From positions 22,382,001 to 22,446,000 of the forward strand of contig OX597824.1 of NCBI GenBank assembly GCA_951406725.2: a stretch of DNA of 64,000 bases, read 5' to 3'. Position 1 is the stretch's first letter. Each line of letters starts with the position of its first letter. Under the pieces are notes generated by a model. That model saw nothing but the letters and a program-made list of their open reading frames with translations. It did not search any database and was not told the origin of the DNA. The translations under genes were made by a program, and so were the position numbers. The DNA is from Octopus vulgaris. Lineage: Eukaryota. Shown here one piece after another: positions 25,213 to 39,888 of this stretch.

Positions 25213-25962
25213 CCCGGTTATTCCAGACAGCAAGAAATCTGTTTATTTTATATTATAGCTACAGTCATTACTTCTTTAAACTATTCATTGACAGTTTTCA
25301 CGCTTAAATCAAGTAACAAATTTACATCTCAGCAGAATTCCAGATAATTACCAAAATGTTGCCTTAACCACAATGGTTAAAACAAACTGAAAAAGTGAAG
25401 AAATTGAAGAATTTTCTAAACAGCCATTTTACAGGAACTATATTTAGTAGGGAATAATAAATGGTTAGCTTCAGATACTGTCCGGAGAATGCTAATGTTG
25501 GTGTTATGGAGTAAATTAGTATAGCAAAGCAGATCACGTTAATTACTTTTAACAGCAGTAAATTAGCTGAAAGGTAATACAGCAAATTAAAAATATATAT
25601 ATAATAAAATAAAAAAGAAACCCATGAAATTCAAAATAATTGGTTTATATTTCAAAAGAGCTGGTCGTTGACATTGTGAAGTTGGCAATACATAACATCA
25701 GTTTACAATTATTTCAAGCAAAAACTATTTTATTTCAGTCTTTAAAAAGTAATGACTTAGTGGATTATAATGCGTTTAGCTTCAAGATTAAATGAATGCT
25801 ACAGCCTAGCTTAAAAACTGTTGCAAAGGTGTCTTTTTTACCTTCTGTCTTTTACTTGCTTCAGTCATTAGACTACGGTCATACTGGGGCACCGACATGA
25901 AGGGTTTAATCAAACAAGTCAACACCAGTACCTTATTTTAATTCTGGCATTTATTCTATTGA

Positions 25963-26332
25963 AGGCGGTGAGCTGGCAGAAACGTTAGCACACCGGGCAA
26001 AATGCTTAACGGTATTTCTTAATTCGATTGTCTGTCCTTGTCTGTCCCCTCTATGATTAGCCCCTTGTGGGCAATAAAGAAATAAGAAGCATTAGCATGC
26101 CAGGCGAAATGCTTAGCGGTATTTGGTCTGCTGCTACGTTCTGAGTTCAAGTTCTGCCGAGGTCGACTTTGCCTTTCATCCTTTCGGAGTCAATTAAATA
26201 AGTACCAGTTATGCACTGGGGTCAATATAATCGACTTAATCCGTTTGTCTGTCCTTGTTTACCCTCTCTGTGTTTAGCCCCTTGTGGGTAGTAAAGAAAT
26301 AGGTATTTCATCTATTGGTATCTTTTGTCAAA
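25963..26332 (+). mobile_element. SINE family B multimer
   Basis: Junctions GAAATA|AGAAGCATTAGC and GAAATA|GGTATTTC. Confidence 0.8.
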
Positions 26333-26439
26333 CTACTAATTCATGTTTCAAACACTATGTTAAAGACAATGAACTCTTGGCTGAAGAGAGCGTGATACCG
26401 AAGGGAGAGTGACACTGAGTAATACTGAGAGTGATACTG

Positions 26440-26820
26440 GGTGATACAGAGCTTTATGTTCAACAAGTACACCAGCTCAACAAAGCAATCCAGCTGAAAT
26501 GATCCCTTAGTGACATGCCGGGCTTCTTCAACACAGCAATGCTTGTGCCCATGTTACTAATTCGGTAAAAAATGCTATTCAAAAATTCAGTTGGGAAGTT
26601 CTACTGCACTCATAGTATTCCCTTGATATAGTGCCTTCGAATTATCACCTTGTTTTGGTTCTTTTCTGTCAGCCTGAAAGATGTTTCATTCAACATCAAT
26701 GCAGAGCTGAAAATATGATTCAATGAGTTCTTTGGGTCAAGCTCCAGTAACTTCTTGTGTCAATGCATTGACAAACCAGTGGAATATTGACAAGAAGTCA
26801 TGGACATTGAAGAATATATT
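26440..26820 (+). pseudogene. Mariner transposase C-terminal remnant
   Basis: HSNACAH (HDNARPH-like) and WEVLLHS*YSLDIVPSNYHL (WEVLPHPPYSPDLAPSDYHL-like), with stops. Confidence 0.8.
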
Positions 26821-27897
26821 GGCTTCAAATTTTGGTACACGGTCAGCAATTTGGAGGATGGAGTAAGTCAATTACATCAGCCCCAGTGGTCAGTTGGTAC
26901 TTATTTCATTGACCTCCCAAAAGGATGAAAAGCAAAGTCAACCTTGGTGGAATTTGAACTCAGAACATAAAGACAGACAAAATGCCACTAAGCATTTTGC
27001 CAGTTATGCTAACGATTCTCCTATCTTGCTGCCTTAATGAATGAGAATATATAATTAACTGATTTGTTAAAATTGTCAATGCAAAATTTGGATTTGAGTC
27101 AAGCTCCAGTAACTTCTGACTTTGTTCTAATGGCTCTAAACCATTTTTTGCTTATGGATCCTTTGAATTTTATTTCACTCCGCTGCACCTCCGTAGCCAT
27201 TCACTATATATAAAATAAAATTTTACTGTATTTTTATTCTTTTTATTCTTTTACTTGTTTCAAAGTTGTTGAAATAAGTTCTTCGTTATTTTTCAAATGA
27301 GTTAAATCAAAGGCAATGTGTTTCAACAGAAATATACTAGCAAAACAGTTAAATACAAGTGCCTGGCATAGAGATGAACACTATTGGGGAGCCTTTACTT
27401 AACAAAGACAGAACTTGAAGTTCCTTTTTTTGCACAGCTTAACAGTCCCGCATGATAATGGGATTGTGAATATTGGTTTCAAATTTTGGCATAAGGTCAG
27501 AAATTTCAGAGAAGGGAGGAAGCTGATTACATCGACCCCAATGCTTAATTGATACTTAATTTTATTGATCTCAGAAGGATGAAAGATAAAAATCAACCTT
27601 GGTGGAATTTGAACTCAGAATGTAAGGACATGAAATGATATTAAGCATTTTGCTCAGCATGCTAATGATTCTGCCAGCTCACTGTCTCATGGAATAGGGA
27701 ATATTAGTGATAAATCACAATCAAAATCAAATTCACTGACGTGGCCAATGACAGCACCGCCAGACTGGCACACATTCACCATCTGAGCATGATCGTTGCC
27801 AGGCCCACTGACTGGCTCCCCTGCTGTGGCACATAAAAAGCACCATTTGAGCTTGATCGTTACCAGCATTGCCTTACTGGCACTTGTGTCAGTGGTA

Positions 27898-28137
27898 CCT
27901 GTATTTGGACTAGTCGTGGTTGTTATAATGGCTTTAAATTTTGGCACAAGGCCAGCAATTCTAGGAAAGGTGTTAATCAAATGCATGAACCCTAGTGCTC
28001 AGCTGGTATTTATTTTATTGACTTAGGATGAAAGGCAAAGTCAACCTCAGCAGACATCTTCATTGTTATGACAACACTATTTTGGACCTTGTTTCCTCCA
28101 ACCTTCCTCAAGTGTTCTATTTGGCAAGATATTTGAA
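27898..28137. repeat. Arm 1 of a ~240-bp inverted duplication (partner 29855-30095)
   Basis: Reverse complement of 29855-30095; includes an old SINE B piece plus unique sequence. Confidence 0.9.
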
Positions 28138-28497
28138 TATATAAGATATATTAGAGCCAGTCCATATATAAGATATATATAAGAAGATATATAAGGCAAG
28201 GTATATAAGAGCCAGTGCCACTGGACTGGGTCTTGTGCAGGTGGCACATAAAAACCACCGTTTGAGTGTGGCTGTCGCCAGTACCACCTGACTGGCCCTC
28301 ATGCCGGTGGCACAGAATAAGCATCTACTACACTCTCAGAGTGGTTGGCATTAGGAATGGCATCCAGCTGTAGAAACTCTGCCAGATCAGATTGGAGCCT
28401 TGTGCAGCCATCTGGTTTGCCAGTCCTCGGTCAAACCATCCAACCCATGCCATATTGGCAAGCGGATGTTAAATGATAAACGATGATGATATATATA

Positions 28498-28895
28498 GGC
28501 GCAGGAATGGCTGTGTGGTAAGTAGCTTGCTAACCAACCACATGGTTGCGGGTTCAGTCCCACTGCGTGGCATCTTGGGCAAGTGTCTTCTGCTATAGCC
28601 TCGGGCCGACCAATGCCTTGTGAGTGGATTTGGTAGACGGAAACTGAAAGAAGCCTGTCGTATATATATATATATATGTATGTATGTGTGTTTGTGTGTC
28701 TGTGTTTGTCCCCCTAGCATTGCTTGACAACCGATGCTGGTGTGTTTACGTCCCCGTCACTTAGCGGTTCGGCAAAAGAGACTGATAGAATAAGTACTGG
28801 GCTTACAATAGAATAAGTACTGGGCTCAACTAAAGGCGGTGCTCCAGCATGGCCGCAGTCAAATGACTGAAACAAGTAAAAGAGAAAGAGAAAGA
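28498..28895 (+). mobile_element. SINE family A
   Basis: Full-length young copy. Confidence 0.9.
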
Positions 28896-29124
28896 GATAT
28901 ATATATATATCATCATCATCATCGTCATTTAACGTCTGCCTTTCATGCTGGCATGGGTTGGACAGTTTGACAGGAGCTGACCTGGCTGGAGTTGGCTAGG
29001 TAGGAGCTTGCACCAGACTTCTGTATCTGTTTTGGCAGAGGTTTTATGGCTGGATGCCCTTCCTAACATCAACCACCCTGCAGAATGGACAGTGCTTTTT
29101 ACATGGTACAAGCATATACACAAA

Positions 29125-29712
29125 TGTATGTACATATGTACGTATGTATGTATGTATGTATGTATGTATGTACGTATTTATGTACGTATGTATGTACGTA
29201 TGTATGTACATATGTATGTATGTACGTATGTACAAATGTATGTAAGTATGTATGTATGTACATATGTATGTAAGTACGTATGTATGTACGTATGTATGCA
29301 TGTACATATGTATGTATGTATGTACGTATGTATGTATGTACGTATGTACATATGTATGTATGTACGTATGTATGTATGTATGTATGTACGTACGTATGTA
29401 CGTATGTATGTATGTACATATGTATGTATGTACGTATGTATGTATGTACGTATGTATGTATGTACGTATGTATGTATGTACATATGTATGTATGTACGTA
29501 TGTATTTATGTATATACGTATGTATGTACATACGTATGTATGTATGTATGTATGTATGTATGTATGTACGTATGTATGTATGTATGTACATATATATGTA
29601 TGTATTTATGTATGTACGTATTTATGTACGTATGTATGTATGCATGTATGTATGTATGTATATATGTATGTATGTATGTACATATGTATGTATGTACGTA
29701 TGTATGTATGTA
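29125..29712. repeat. Compound (TATG)/(TACG)/(TACA) tetranucleotide satellite
   Basis: About 590 bp of 4-mer units; source of the spurious MYVC ORFs. Confidence 0.95.
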
Positions 29713-30091
29713 CTTAGGTTGAAGTGGATCAAGCAAATGGAATCACAAGTAGGAGAATAACTAATAGGAGTAGAGTATCCCTCATATGAGTGATGGAACA
29801 AGAATGATCTGTGCTCCTTGTAGACTCAATGGAAGTATTGACTTTAAATTTCCTTTCAAATATTTTACCAAATAAGAAACTTGAGGAAGGTTGGAGGAAA
29901 CAAGGTCCAAAATAGTGTTGTCATAACAATGAAGATGTCTGCTGAGGTTGACTTTGCCTTTCATCCTAAGTCAATAATATAAATACCAGCTGAGCACTAG
30001 GGTTCATGCATTTGATTAACACCTTCCTCTAAAATTGCTGGCCTTGTGCCAAAATTTAAAACCATTATAACAACCAAGACTAGTCCCAATA

Positions 30092-30326
30092 CAGGGTGTG
30101 GTAGAAAGATTGCCCCGATTTCAAAGGTTAATGAAAAACAAACACATGAAGATACTAGAAAAAAAAACCGATTCTCTCCACACCAGGCCATGGTAAGTAC
30201 TATCTGAAAGAGGAGAAAAAATGGCATTTAATGAACTTCATAGAAATACAAAATTTTTTCAGGCATCTTCATATGTTTGTTTTTTATTAACCTTTGAAAT
30301 CAGGTCGACCTTTCTGCCACACCCTG
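30092..30326. mobile_element. Tc1/mariner-type MITE
   Basis: TA|CAGGGTGTGGTAGAAAG...CTTTCTGCCACACCCTG|TA; ~70-bp imperfect TIRs and TA TSD. Confidence 0.85.
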
Positions 30327-31305
30327 TAAATCAGCCAGAATGACTGATACATGTTGAAATATTTCTTATTGATTTATCATATTTTTTAGGAGGTGGGGAG
30401 CAGGCAGTGTTGTCAGAGTATCAGACAATATACTTAGCATTTCTTTCAGTTCATTACATTCTGAGTTCAAATTCTGCTAAGGTCAACTTTGCATTTCATC
30501 CCACCAGGGTCAATAAAGTAAAGTACCATTCATATGCTGAGATTGAGGTAATCAGTTAAGTCATTTCTCTTAAAATTACGGACCCTCAGGCAAATTTTGA
30601 AACAATTTATCACATTTGTGCTTTTTATTATCATCATCATTTCCATGTCTGCATCAAATGAACAAAATTTGTTGAGGCAGAATTTTCTACAGCTGGATGC
30701 CCTTCCTGTCACCAACCATTATCTGTTTCTAAGTAAGTACTATCTATTTCCCCATGGACAGACTTGATGGTGAAATTCATTTTCAACATTTTCCTGAGCA
30801 GCTCAACTGGAACACTCATCATTGAAACTGACTGAGTACCAGTGATATATACAACAGGATTCTTTCAGTTTCCATCAACCTAATCCACTCACAAGGCTTT
30901 GATGGGCCAGGACATAGCTGAAAACACTTGTCCATGGTGCCATACAGTAGGACTAAACCCAAAACCATGTGATTGGAAAGCAAACTACTTACCACTCAGC
31001 CATGTTCTGTATATCCTTAGCCTTTAGCATACTACATTTTCTCAAAAATTGTTTCCCCTGCCACTGCCTTGTTACTACAGAGGAGAAAACTCATATGGTG
31101 ACATGATGCACCTCCAGTGTGCTAAAGGTTAAAACTATAAAACTAAAAAGAATAAAAATAAAATTTATAAAAGTAAAGTTTAAAAACATCCTTTATACTT
31201 TCATTGATGAAAGGACCAAATTCTAAGAGGATTGGTTAATAAAACTCAGCATTTCCTACTGTATGATGGCTAAAACAAGTTATATTTTCACATTAAACAT
31301 CACGT

Positions 31306-31514
31306 AACCCCTTTGATACCAACCTGACTGAAACCGCTTTTGGCTCTGTAGTACAAATGTCTTCTTTTCAAAAGTTCTGAATTAAAATCTTCCACCAAAC
31401 CTAACACTAGCTTAATGATAACTCAGTTAGTTTATTAAATTCTTTGTTATATGTAAAATTAATTGAAAGAAACACAGAGCATCTCAACAGAAATATGGTA
31501 ACAAAAGGGTTAAG
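31306..31514. mobile_element. piggyBac-type MITE
   Basis: TAA|CCCCTTTGATAC...GTAACAAAAGGG|TTAA; same family as 38339-38716. Confidence 0.7.
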
Positions 31515-33125
31515 TATCTTGATTTCTCGTGGATGGTTAAGAAGCTCACCTTGCTGCCAGGTTGTTCCATGTTTATTACCAATATGCCACTCCTTGGCTA
31601 GTGTTTTCTGCTATGGTCTCAGGTTTACCAGCACTTTGAGAGTAGAATTTGGTAGATGTGAAATGTACTGTAGCCCATTGTATACATGTGTGTGTGCGTG
31701 TATGTGTATGTATACATGTATGTATGTGTGTTTGTGTGTGTATATGCATATGCATGCACCTGTGTGTGCATGTATTTATGCATATATGTGTGTATGTGTG
31801 CATGTGTGCATGCATGTTTGTGTACGCATATATGAATATGTGTGTCTGCATATATATGTGTGTGTGTGTACACATATGTATACATGTATGTCTGTGTGCT
31901 TGTGCGTGTATATGCATATGCGTGTATATGCATATGCATGTATGTGTGTGTCCATGTATTTATGTCTGTATGTGTATGCATGTATGTATGTGTGTGTGTT
32001 CGTGTGTGGGGGCATATGTATGCATGTATGTGCATGCATGTATGTATGAATGTATGCGTGGGGGGCATATGCATGCACATGTATGTTCATGCATGTTTGC
32101 ATATATGTGTGCATGTGTATGCATGTTTGTGTACACATGTATGAATATGTGTGTGTGTATGTGTATATGTGTGTTTGTGAGTATCCTTGTCTTGACATCA
32201 TGTGATGATTGTAAACAAGCATCACTGTCATAGAAGCGGTGTTGTTTGTTTCCAGTCTATATGAGTGTGTGTATGTGTGTGTGTATGTGTGCATGTATGT
32301 ATGTATATATATATGTGTGTGCGTATAACTATATATATATGTGTGTGCGTATAACTATATATATATGTGTGTGTGTGTGTATGTATGTTTAGCTATGGGA
32401 AAATATATTACATTACTTGGAAACAACTTAGATTTTGCGACAGACAAAGCATCCAGCAATGGAAAAACCAGCCTCAACAAGTTTCACCTGACCCATGCAA
32501 GCAAGAAAGAAAGGAAGGATATTAAATGATGAATAAAATGAACGAATGGAATGAAATGACTCATCTATTAGAAGACCTATAAAAGGAGCAACCCAACCAT
32601 ATTATAATTTCAAACTGAGTTGGAGAAAAATAATACCATTTTATCCAACAATAAACTCAGTTTTATACCAAGAAAACTGCAGTGATGAATGAGCAAGACT
32701 AGAAACGCTACGTTACATTTCCGCCGTCTCTATAGTCTGAAGTACTCCATAAATCTAGTTATTTAACACTCTCACATTATAAAACTATAAAGCCAGATAT
32801 ATGTTGTAATAAAGATGTGTTAACAAATAACATAAAACCCGTTTATTTGTTTGAAGTAATAGTAACCCACGTCACTTCAGTAGATGTTATGTCTTAGTCG
32901 TTTCACCACTCAAAGACAGAACTAAATGATTCCTTTATATAAATGGAAACAAAATACTGTTTGACCAATAAAGATTTAGCCTACTTCGGCTTTGATAACT
33001 AGCAAACAGTCAAGTATAGTGACTGCAACTATAATACACAATGACAATAAAACGGTGTGTGTGTGTATATATATATATATGTATATATAAGTGTGTGTGT
33101 GTATGTATATATATATGCATATGCA

Positions 33126-33163
<38 letters not shown>

Positions 33164-33323
33164 TATGTATATATATGTTTGATTGATTGATTGATTGATG
33201 TGTGTATATATATGCATATGCATCTATCTATATATATGTGTATATATATATATGCATCTATCGTATATATATATATATATCTATATATATATATGTGTGT
33301 ATATATATATGCATATGCATCTA

Positions 33324-33371
<48 letters not shown>

Positions 33372-33497
33372 TATGTATATATATATGTGTATATATATAT
33401 ATATACATACATATGTATACGTATGTGTATATATACATATATATACACATACACACATATGTATGTATGTATGTATGTATATATATATGTGTATATA

Positions 33498-33990
33498 TCA
33501 TCATCATCATCATCATCGTCGTTGTTTAGCGTCCGTTTTCCATGCTAGCATGGGTTGGACGGTTCTACTGGGGTCTGTGAAGCCAGAAGGCTTCATCAGG
33601 CCCAGTCAAATCTGGCAGTGTTTCTACGGCTGGATGCCCTTCCTAACGCCAACCACTCCGTGAGTGTAGTGGGTGCTTTTACGTGCCACCCACACAGGTG
33701 CCAGACAGAGCTGGCAAACGGCCACGAACGGATTGTGCTTTTTATGTGCCACCGGCACAAGGGCCAGGCGAGGCTGGCAACGGACACGAAACGGGGCGGT
33801 GCTGGCAACGGTCGCGAAACGGAAGGTTCTCTTACATGCCACCGGCACTGGTAACACATCTGCAATTTCCATTGATCGATTTCCATTCTGATCCTCACTT
33901 GCCTCAACGGGTCTTCACAAGTAGAGTTTCGACATGCCACCGGCACTGGTAACACATCTGCAATTTCCATTGATCGATTTCCATTCTGAT

Positions 33991-33992
<2 letters not shown>
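33498..33992 (-). mobile_element. SINE-like family C (longest copy)
   Basis: (CAT)n tail plus several GCCACCGGCAC subrepeats and an internal ~60-bp duplication. Confidence 0.8.
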
Positions 33993-34028
<36 letters not shown>

Positions 34029-34046
34029 CATGCATACGTACATATA

Positions 34047-34408
34047 GGCACAGGAGTGGCTGTGTGGTAAGAAGCTTACTTTCCAACCACATGGTTCTGA
34101 GTTCAGTCCCACTGCATGGCACCTTGGACAAGCTTTGTGAGTGGATTTAGTAGGTGGAAACTGAAAGAAGCCCATCGAATATGTATGTGTGTATACATAT
34201 GCATTTGTGTGTCTGTGTTTGTCCCCCCCCCCCACCATCGCTTGACAACCAATGTTGGTGTGTTTATTTAGCTGTTGGTAAAAGAGACCGATAGAATAAG
34301 TACTAGGCTTACAAAGAATAAGTCCTGGGGTCAATCTGTTCGACTAAAGGTGGTGCTCCAGCATGGCCACAGTCAAATGACTGAAACAAGTAAAAGAATA
34401 AAAGAATA
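34047..34408 (+). mobile_element. SINE family A
   Basis: Family A match with internal deletions. Confidence 0.85.
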
Positions 34409-36168
34409 CACACACACACACACACACACACATGTACGCATGTATATATGATGAAAGAATATTGATTTCAAATTTTAGCCCATGGGGGAAGAGGTAAGTT
34501 GATTACATCGACTTATTTTATCAACCCCGAAAGGATGAAAGGCAAAGCTGACTTTAATGGAACCACATAGATAACAATGATGTGGATGCTGGTACCACAT
34601 AAAAAGCATTGGTAATGGTGCCATGTAAAAAGCACCCAGTATACTCTGGAAAGTGGTTGGCATTAGGAAGGGTACCCGAACCAAAACAGACTGTGGTACC
34701 TGCTGCGGCTGCTGGCCTAGCTAGTTCCTATCAAGCCATCCGACACATGCTCTCACGGGAAAGAGACGTTAAATGTAGTTGGCGATGATGATGATGATGG
34801 TGGTGGTGGTGGTGGTGATGGCGATGATGATGGTGGTGGCGGTGATGGTGATGATAATGAGGAGGAGGAATTATGACTGTGTGGTAAGAAGCTTGCTTCT
34901 CTATCCTGGGCCAACAAAAGCCTTGCAAGTATTTGTTTGATTAAAATATGTAATGGCAAGTATTTATTGACCTTTCTCTTTCTTTTAAAAATTGGCACGA
35001 ACTTTCCGGACAACCCAATAGTTTTGTTGTTATTAATCTGGTGTTTAAAAGATAAAGTCATTGTATCATATTGTATCATATAACCAGGGGTGATCTCAGG
35101 TGGAGACCACCCCTGGTTCTGGTTCTATCAAAAGGGTTAAGCCTTATGTCCAGTCAGCCTCCATAAAATACTCTAACACCTTTGTCTCCTACGTATCCAA
35201 CCAATTCTTTGTTAATAGAATACAGAATGATAATCTGTAGCATCTATTTTTAGTTGAGATTCTCTGCAAGAAATCATTCTCATAACAACAATATTTTTGT
35301 ATTTTGTTGTCGCACTAAATAACTCAATTGTTATTGCAAGAATAAAACCATGAAAGCGCCGAGTTATTTCTCTCTTTTACAAATACACTTTGACATGCTT
35401 ATGAAATAAATTATATATTTTTATCAGCCATCAATAACATACTGCTCGTTAGTTTTCCACATTTCTATTGTCAGTTGTCATTAATTTAACGAACTATGTT
35501 TATTTTCCAAAAATTATAATTTCTTCTTCTCAAAGAATGTAAAAGCATTGGAAAGTCCTTGATTGATCTTTCAGTGTCTGGTTAACCTTTATTAATGTTA
35601 TTTCCTTTCAATTTACTTGTATTGCAGTTAAATCTATAGTGATAATACTCAATTTCTTTAACTTATGCTTGCTTTTTTATATGCACAATACATACGTACG
35701 TACATACCTACATGAAATCATAAAATCAGGAGTTATGAGACGTGAATACAAATGTATTATTTCCATATGATTACAACTGTTTCGTAATTTCCTCCATGTA
35801 GTAGTAATATTAATTTCAATATTCCAAATAATAAACATACGTTTTATGTCAGTATTCCTATTTAGTATTACATAATACAATTGTATATTCGCACTGAGAT
35901 GTGGGATAGAGAAAATTAACGCATCAGATCATCAGATTATATGCCGTATGCCACAACATCATGAATACATTCAGGGTTCAACTCCAGAATATTGCTCTTT
36001 GTTATTCTCTTTCTTTGTTCTTTTTAGGTTCACCTCTTAGCTTTTGTACTCTGTCTATGGTACTATCCTATCAAAATGTCATCTTGTACTTGGCTGGAGC
36101 CTTGTACCAAACATAAATCTGGCCTGTGGCCCTCAGCAGCTTGTCTTATAGAACCGTCCAGTTTCACA

Positions 36169-36871
36169 GGCGGCGAGGTGGCAGAAACGTTAGCACGCTG
36201 GGCGAAATGCTTTGCGGTATTTCGTCTGTCGTTACGTTCTGAGTTCAAATTTCGCCGAGTTCGACTTTGCTTTTTATCCTTTCAGGGTCGATAAATTAAG
36301 TACCAGTTACGCACTGGGGTCGATGTAATCGACTTAATCCCTTTATCTGTCCTTGTTTGTCCCCCTCTGTGTTTAGCCCCTTGTGGGTAGTAAAGAAATA
36401 AGAAACGTCCAGTTATTTTTTATGTTACAAGTCTTTATCTCCATCTTTCCCTTGTTATTTCTGTACTGCCCGCAAGGGGCTAAACATAAAGGGGACAAAC
36501 AAGGACAGACAAACGGATTAAGTCGATTACATCGACCCCAGTACGTAACTGGTACTTAATTTATCGACCCCGAAAGGATGAAAGGCAAAGTCGATCTCGG
36601 CGTAATTTGAACTCAGAATGTAGCGGCAGACGAAATACTTATTTCTTTACTACCTACAAGGGGCTAAACGTAAAGGGGACAAACAAGGACAGACAAACAG
36701 ATTAAGTCGATTACATCGATCCCAGTACGTAACTGGTACTTAATTTATCGACTCCAAAAGGATGAAAGGCAAAGTCGATCTCGACAGAATTTGAACTCAG
36801 AACGTAGCGGCAGATGAAATACGGCTACGCATTTCACCCGGTGTGCTAACGTTTCTGCCAGCTCGCCGCCT
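36169..36871. mobile_element. SINE B monomer (+, 36169-36400) tail-to-tail with SINE B dimer (-, 36457-36871)
   Basis: The monomer has TSD AGAA(C/A)CGTCCAGTT; the inverted pair is ~55 bp apart. Confidence 0.85.
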
Positions 36872-37009
36872 TCCTCTTGTTGTGTGCATCAACTAAGATT
36901 TCTATGGACCTCTGACTGACCAAAGACTCTTTCAGCTTTCACATATTGCTTCTTCACACTATCTTCTGTTCACAACAAAAACCAATGATAATTAATCATT
37001 AGTCTATGT

Positions 37010-37488
<479 letters not shown>

Positions 37489-38338
37489 ATGTTGAGTGAT
37501 ATATTTTTTTTTTACCAGAGAATGACTAAGCATTCACAACCATCTGTCTATCTCATTGCTTGGTGACTACGAAGTCTGTCTTACCTGTGTGACTGTCAGG
37601 CTGGTTTTTTGACATCAGTGCTGTGGATAATCATTTACAATAGAGAACTCAAGGAATCTTGATCTTACTGTATCCATGACAACTGTATGTACCAGATAAA
37701 CCATTATGCTGTTGCCTAACATATGTTAAAATCCCCATCGTTGTTATTGATTTCGTATTATGGCACAAGGCCAGCAATTTTGAGGAGAGCAGGTGAGTCG
37801 ATTACATCAACTCCAGTGCTCAACTGGTACTTATTTTATTGACCCCAAAAAGATGAAAAGCAAAGTCAACCATGGCAGAATTTGAACTCAGAACATAAGA
37901 ATAGATGAAATGCTGCTAAGCATTTTGTCCAACTTGATAAGGATTCTGCCAGCTCAGTGCCTTATCCAAAATCATCATTATTAAACTGGTGTAAGGTAAT
38001 GAGCAAGCAGAATTGCTTTGCAATGTGTCTTCTGGTTCTTTATGATCTCAGTTCAAATCCCACCAGTGTCAATTTTGTCTTTTTCATCCTTTCAAGGTCA
38101 ATAGAATAAGTTCTATTTGTTCCTACACCTAACATTGCTAACTAATTATGTAACTAATTGACCCCCTCTTCCTAACATTCCTGGCCTTGTGCTAAAATTT
38201 GAAGCAGTTATTAAGCTGGTGTTTGGAACGAAAATTTACTTGAAATTTTGATGGAATATTTTGATTTAGACTACTTTAAAACTGGAAGTTTGTAACATAA
38301 ACCAGAGATGGTCTCAAGCAGTTTAGAATCAAAAGGAT

Positions 38339-38716
38339 TAACCCTTTTGATAACAACCCAGTGCTGAAACTGGCTCTGGCTCTGTAGTACAAATGTCTTG
38401 TTTTCATAATCTGTTGTGTTTGGGAAGAGTCATTTTCTTTTTTTGCCTTATAATTTAACACACTCACTGGTAAAACTTCCACTTGTTTCCTATATTTATG
38501 TTCCTAAAATTTTCGTTGCGTCTTGCAACCTTTACAATAGTCTTGACTCTTCATAAGTTTTGAAGGAAAATCTTCCACCAAACCTTAGTTGCAATTTATG
38601 TTCCTAACACCAGCTTAATGATAACTGAGTTATTTTACTAAATTCTTTGTTATATTTAAGATTAATTGAAAGAAACACAGACCATCTCAAAATAAATACA
38701 GTAACAAAAGGGTTAA
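38339..38716. mobile_element. piggyBac-type MITE with a nested ~140-bp insertion
   Basis: TTAA|CCCTTTTGATAAC...GTAACAAAAGGG|TTAA. The insert at ~38410-38550 is flanked by a TTCATAA duplication and is absent from the 31306 copy. Confidence 0.75.
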
Positions 38717-39114
38717 AGTACAATTATAAAGTTAGCCCATTAAAGGCCAATTCAACTACGATCATTATAAATTTTTACATTTTCTAAGCTCCTAAGGGTT
38801 CTTTGACTATATTTCCCCTGCTATATTGTTTGCTTGGAGAATAATGTAAATTCAAAATATATCACATAAGAAACACAAAAATCTTAATATTAATATTAGT
38901 TTCAAAGTTTGGCCCGAGGCCAGTAAGTTCGGGGTAGGGGTAAGTCAATTACATCAACTGCAGTGTTTAATTGGTACTTCTGTTATGGACCGTGAAAAGC
39001 TGAAAGCCCAATTTAACCTTGGCAGAATTTGAACTCAGAATGTAAAGATGTGAAATACTGCAAAGCATTTTGCCTGACATACTAAAAATTCTTCCAGCTT
39101 GCTGCCTTAATAAT

Positions 39115-39742
39115 ATTCTTTTCTACACTAGGCACAAAGCCCGAAATTTTGCAGGGGTGGGGGGCAGGTACGTAGCTGGTACCTAATTTATTGACCCCGA
39201 AAGGATGAAAAGCAAAGTCAACTTCAGTGGAATTTGAACTCAGAACATAAATACAGACAAAATACCACTTAGCATTTTGCCTGGCAAGCTAACATTTCTT
39301 ATTTCTTTACTGCCCATAAGGGGCTACACACAGAGGGGACAAACAAGGACAGATAAACAGATTAAGTCGATTATATCGACCCCATAACTGGTACTTAATT
39401 TATTGACCCCGAAACGATGAAAGATGAAGTCAACATCAGCAGAATTTGAACTCAGAACATGAAGACAGATGAAATACCACTAAGCATTTCACCTGGCGTG
39501 CTAACGTTTCTCATTTCTTTATTGCCTACAAGGAGCTAAACATGCAGGGGACAAACAAGAACAGACAAAGGGATTAAGTCGATTACATCAACCCCAGTGC
39601 GTGACTGGTACTTAATTTATTGACTCCAAAAGGATGAAAAGCAAAGTTGACCTTGGCAGAATTTGAACTCAGAATGTAACGGCAGACGAAATACCGCTAA
39701 GCATTTCACCTGGCATGCTAACGTTTCTGTCAGCTCACTGCC
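39115..39742 (-). mobile_element. SINE B trimeric array
   Basis: Three units; the junctions fall at the head motif AGAAA(C/T)GTTAGC. Confidence 0.8.
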
Positions 39743-39888
39743 TTTGCTGATTTAATAATATTATTTATCACAGTATTATGGTATTGACCAGACTATTGGG
39801 TGTGGTTATACATCGCTAGTCACAATGTGCATTGCAATGTTTTAGCCTTTGAATGATGCCATCTATATTCAAGGACTAAAGGCAGAGT

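Noticed and set aside
25364-25585. Hydrophobic 73-aa ORF resembling a membrane protein
   Set aside because: No recognisable motif or good splice context; T-rich DNA gives hydrophobic frames by chance.
29008-29760. 250-aa ORF and other YI/MYVC/HT-rich ORFs throughout the window
   Set aside because: Translations of microsatellites that lack stop codons.
35677-35880. Possible minus-strand exon ending AG|GTATGT
   Set aside because: The donor abuts a TATG microsatellite, the acceptor is weak and the peptide is unrecognisable.
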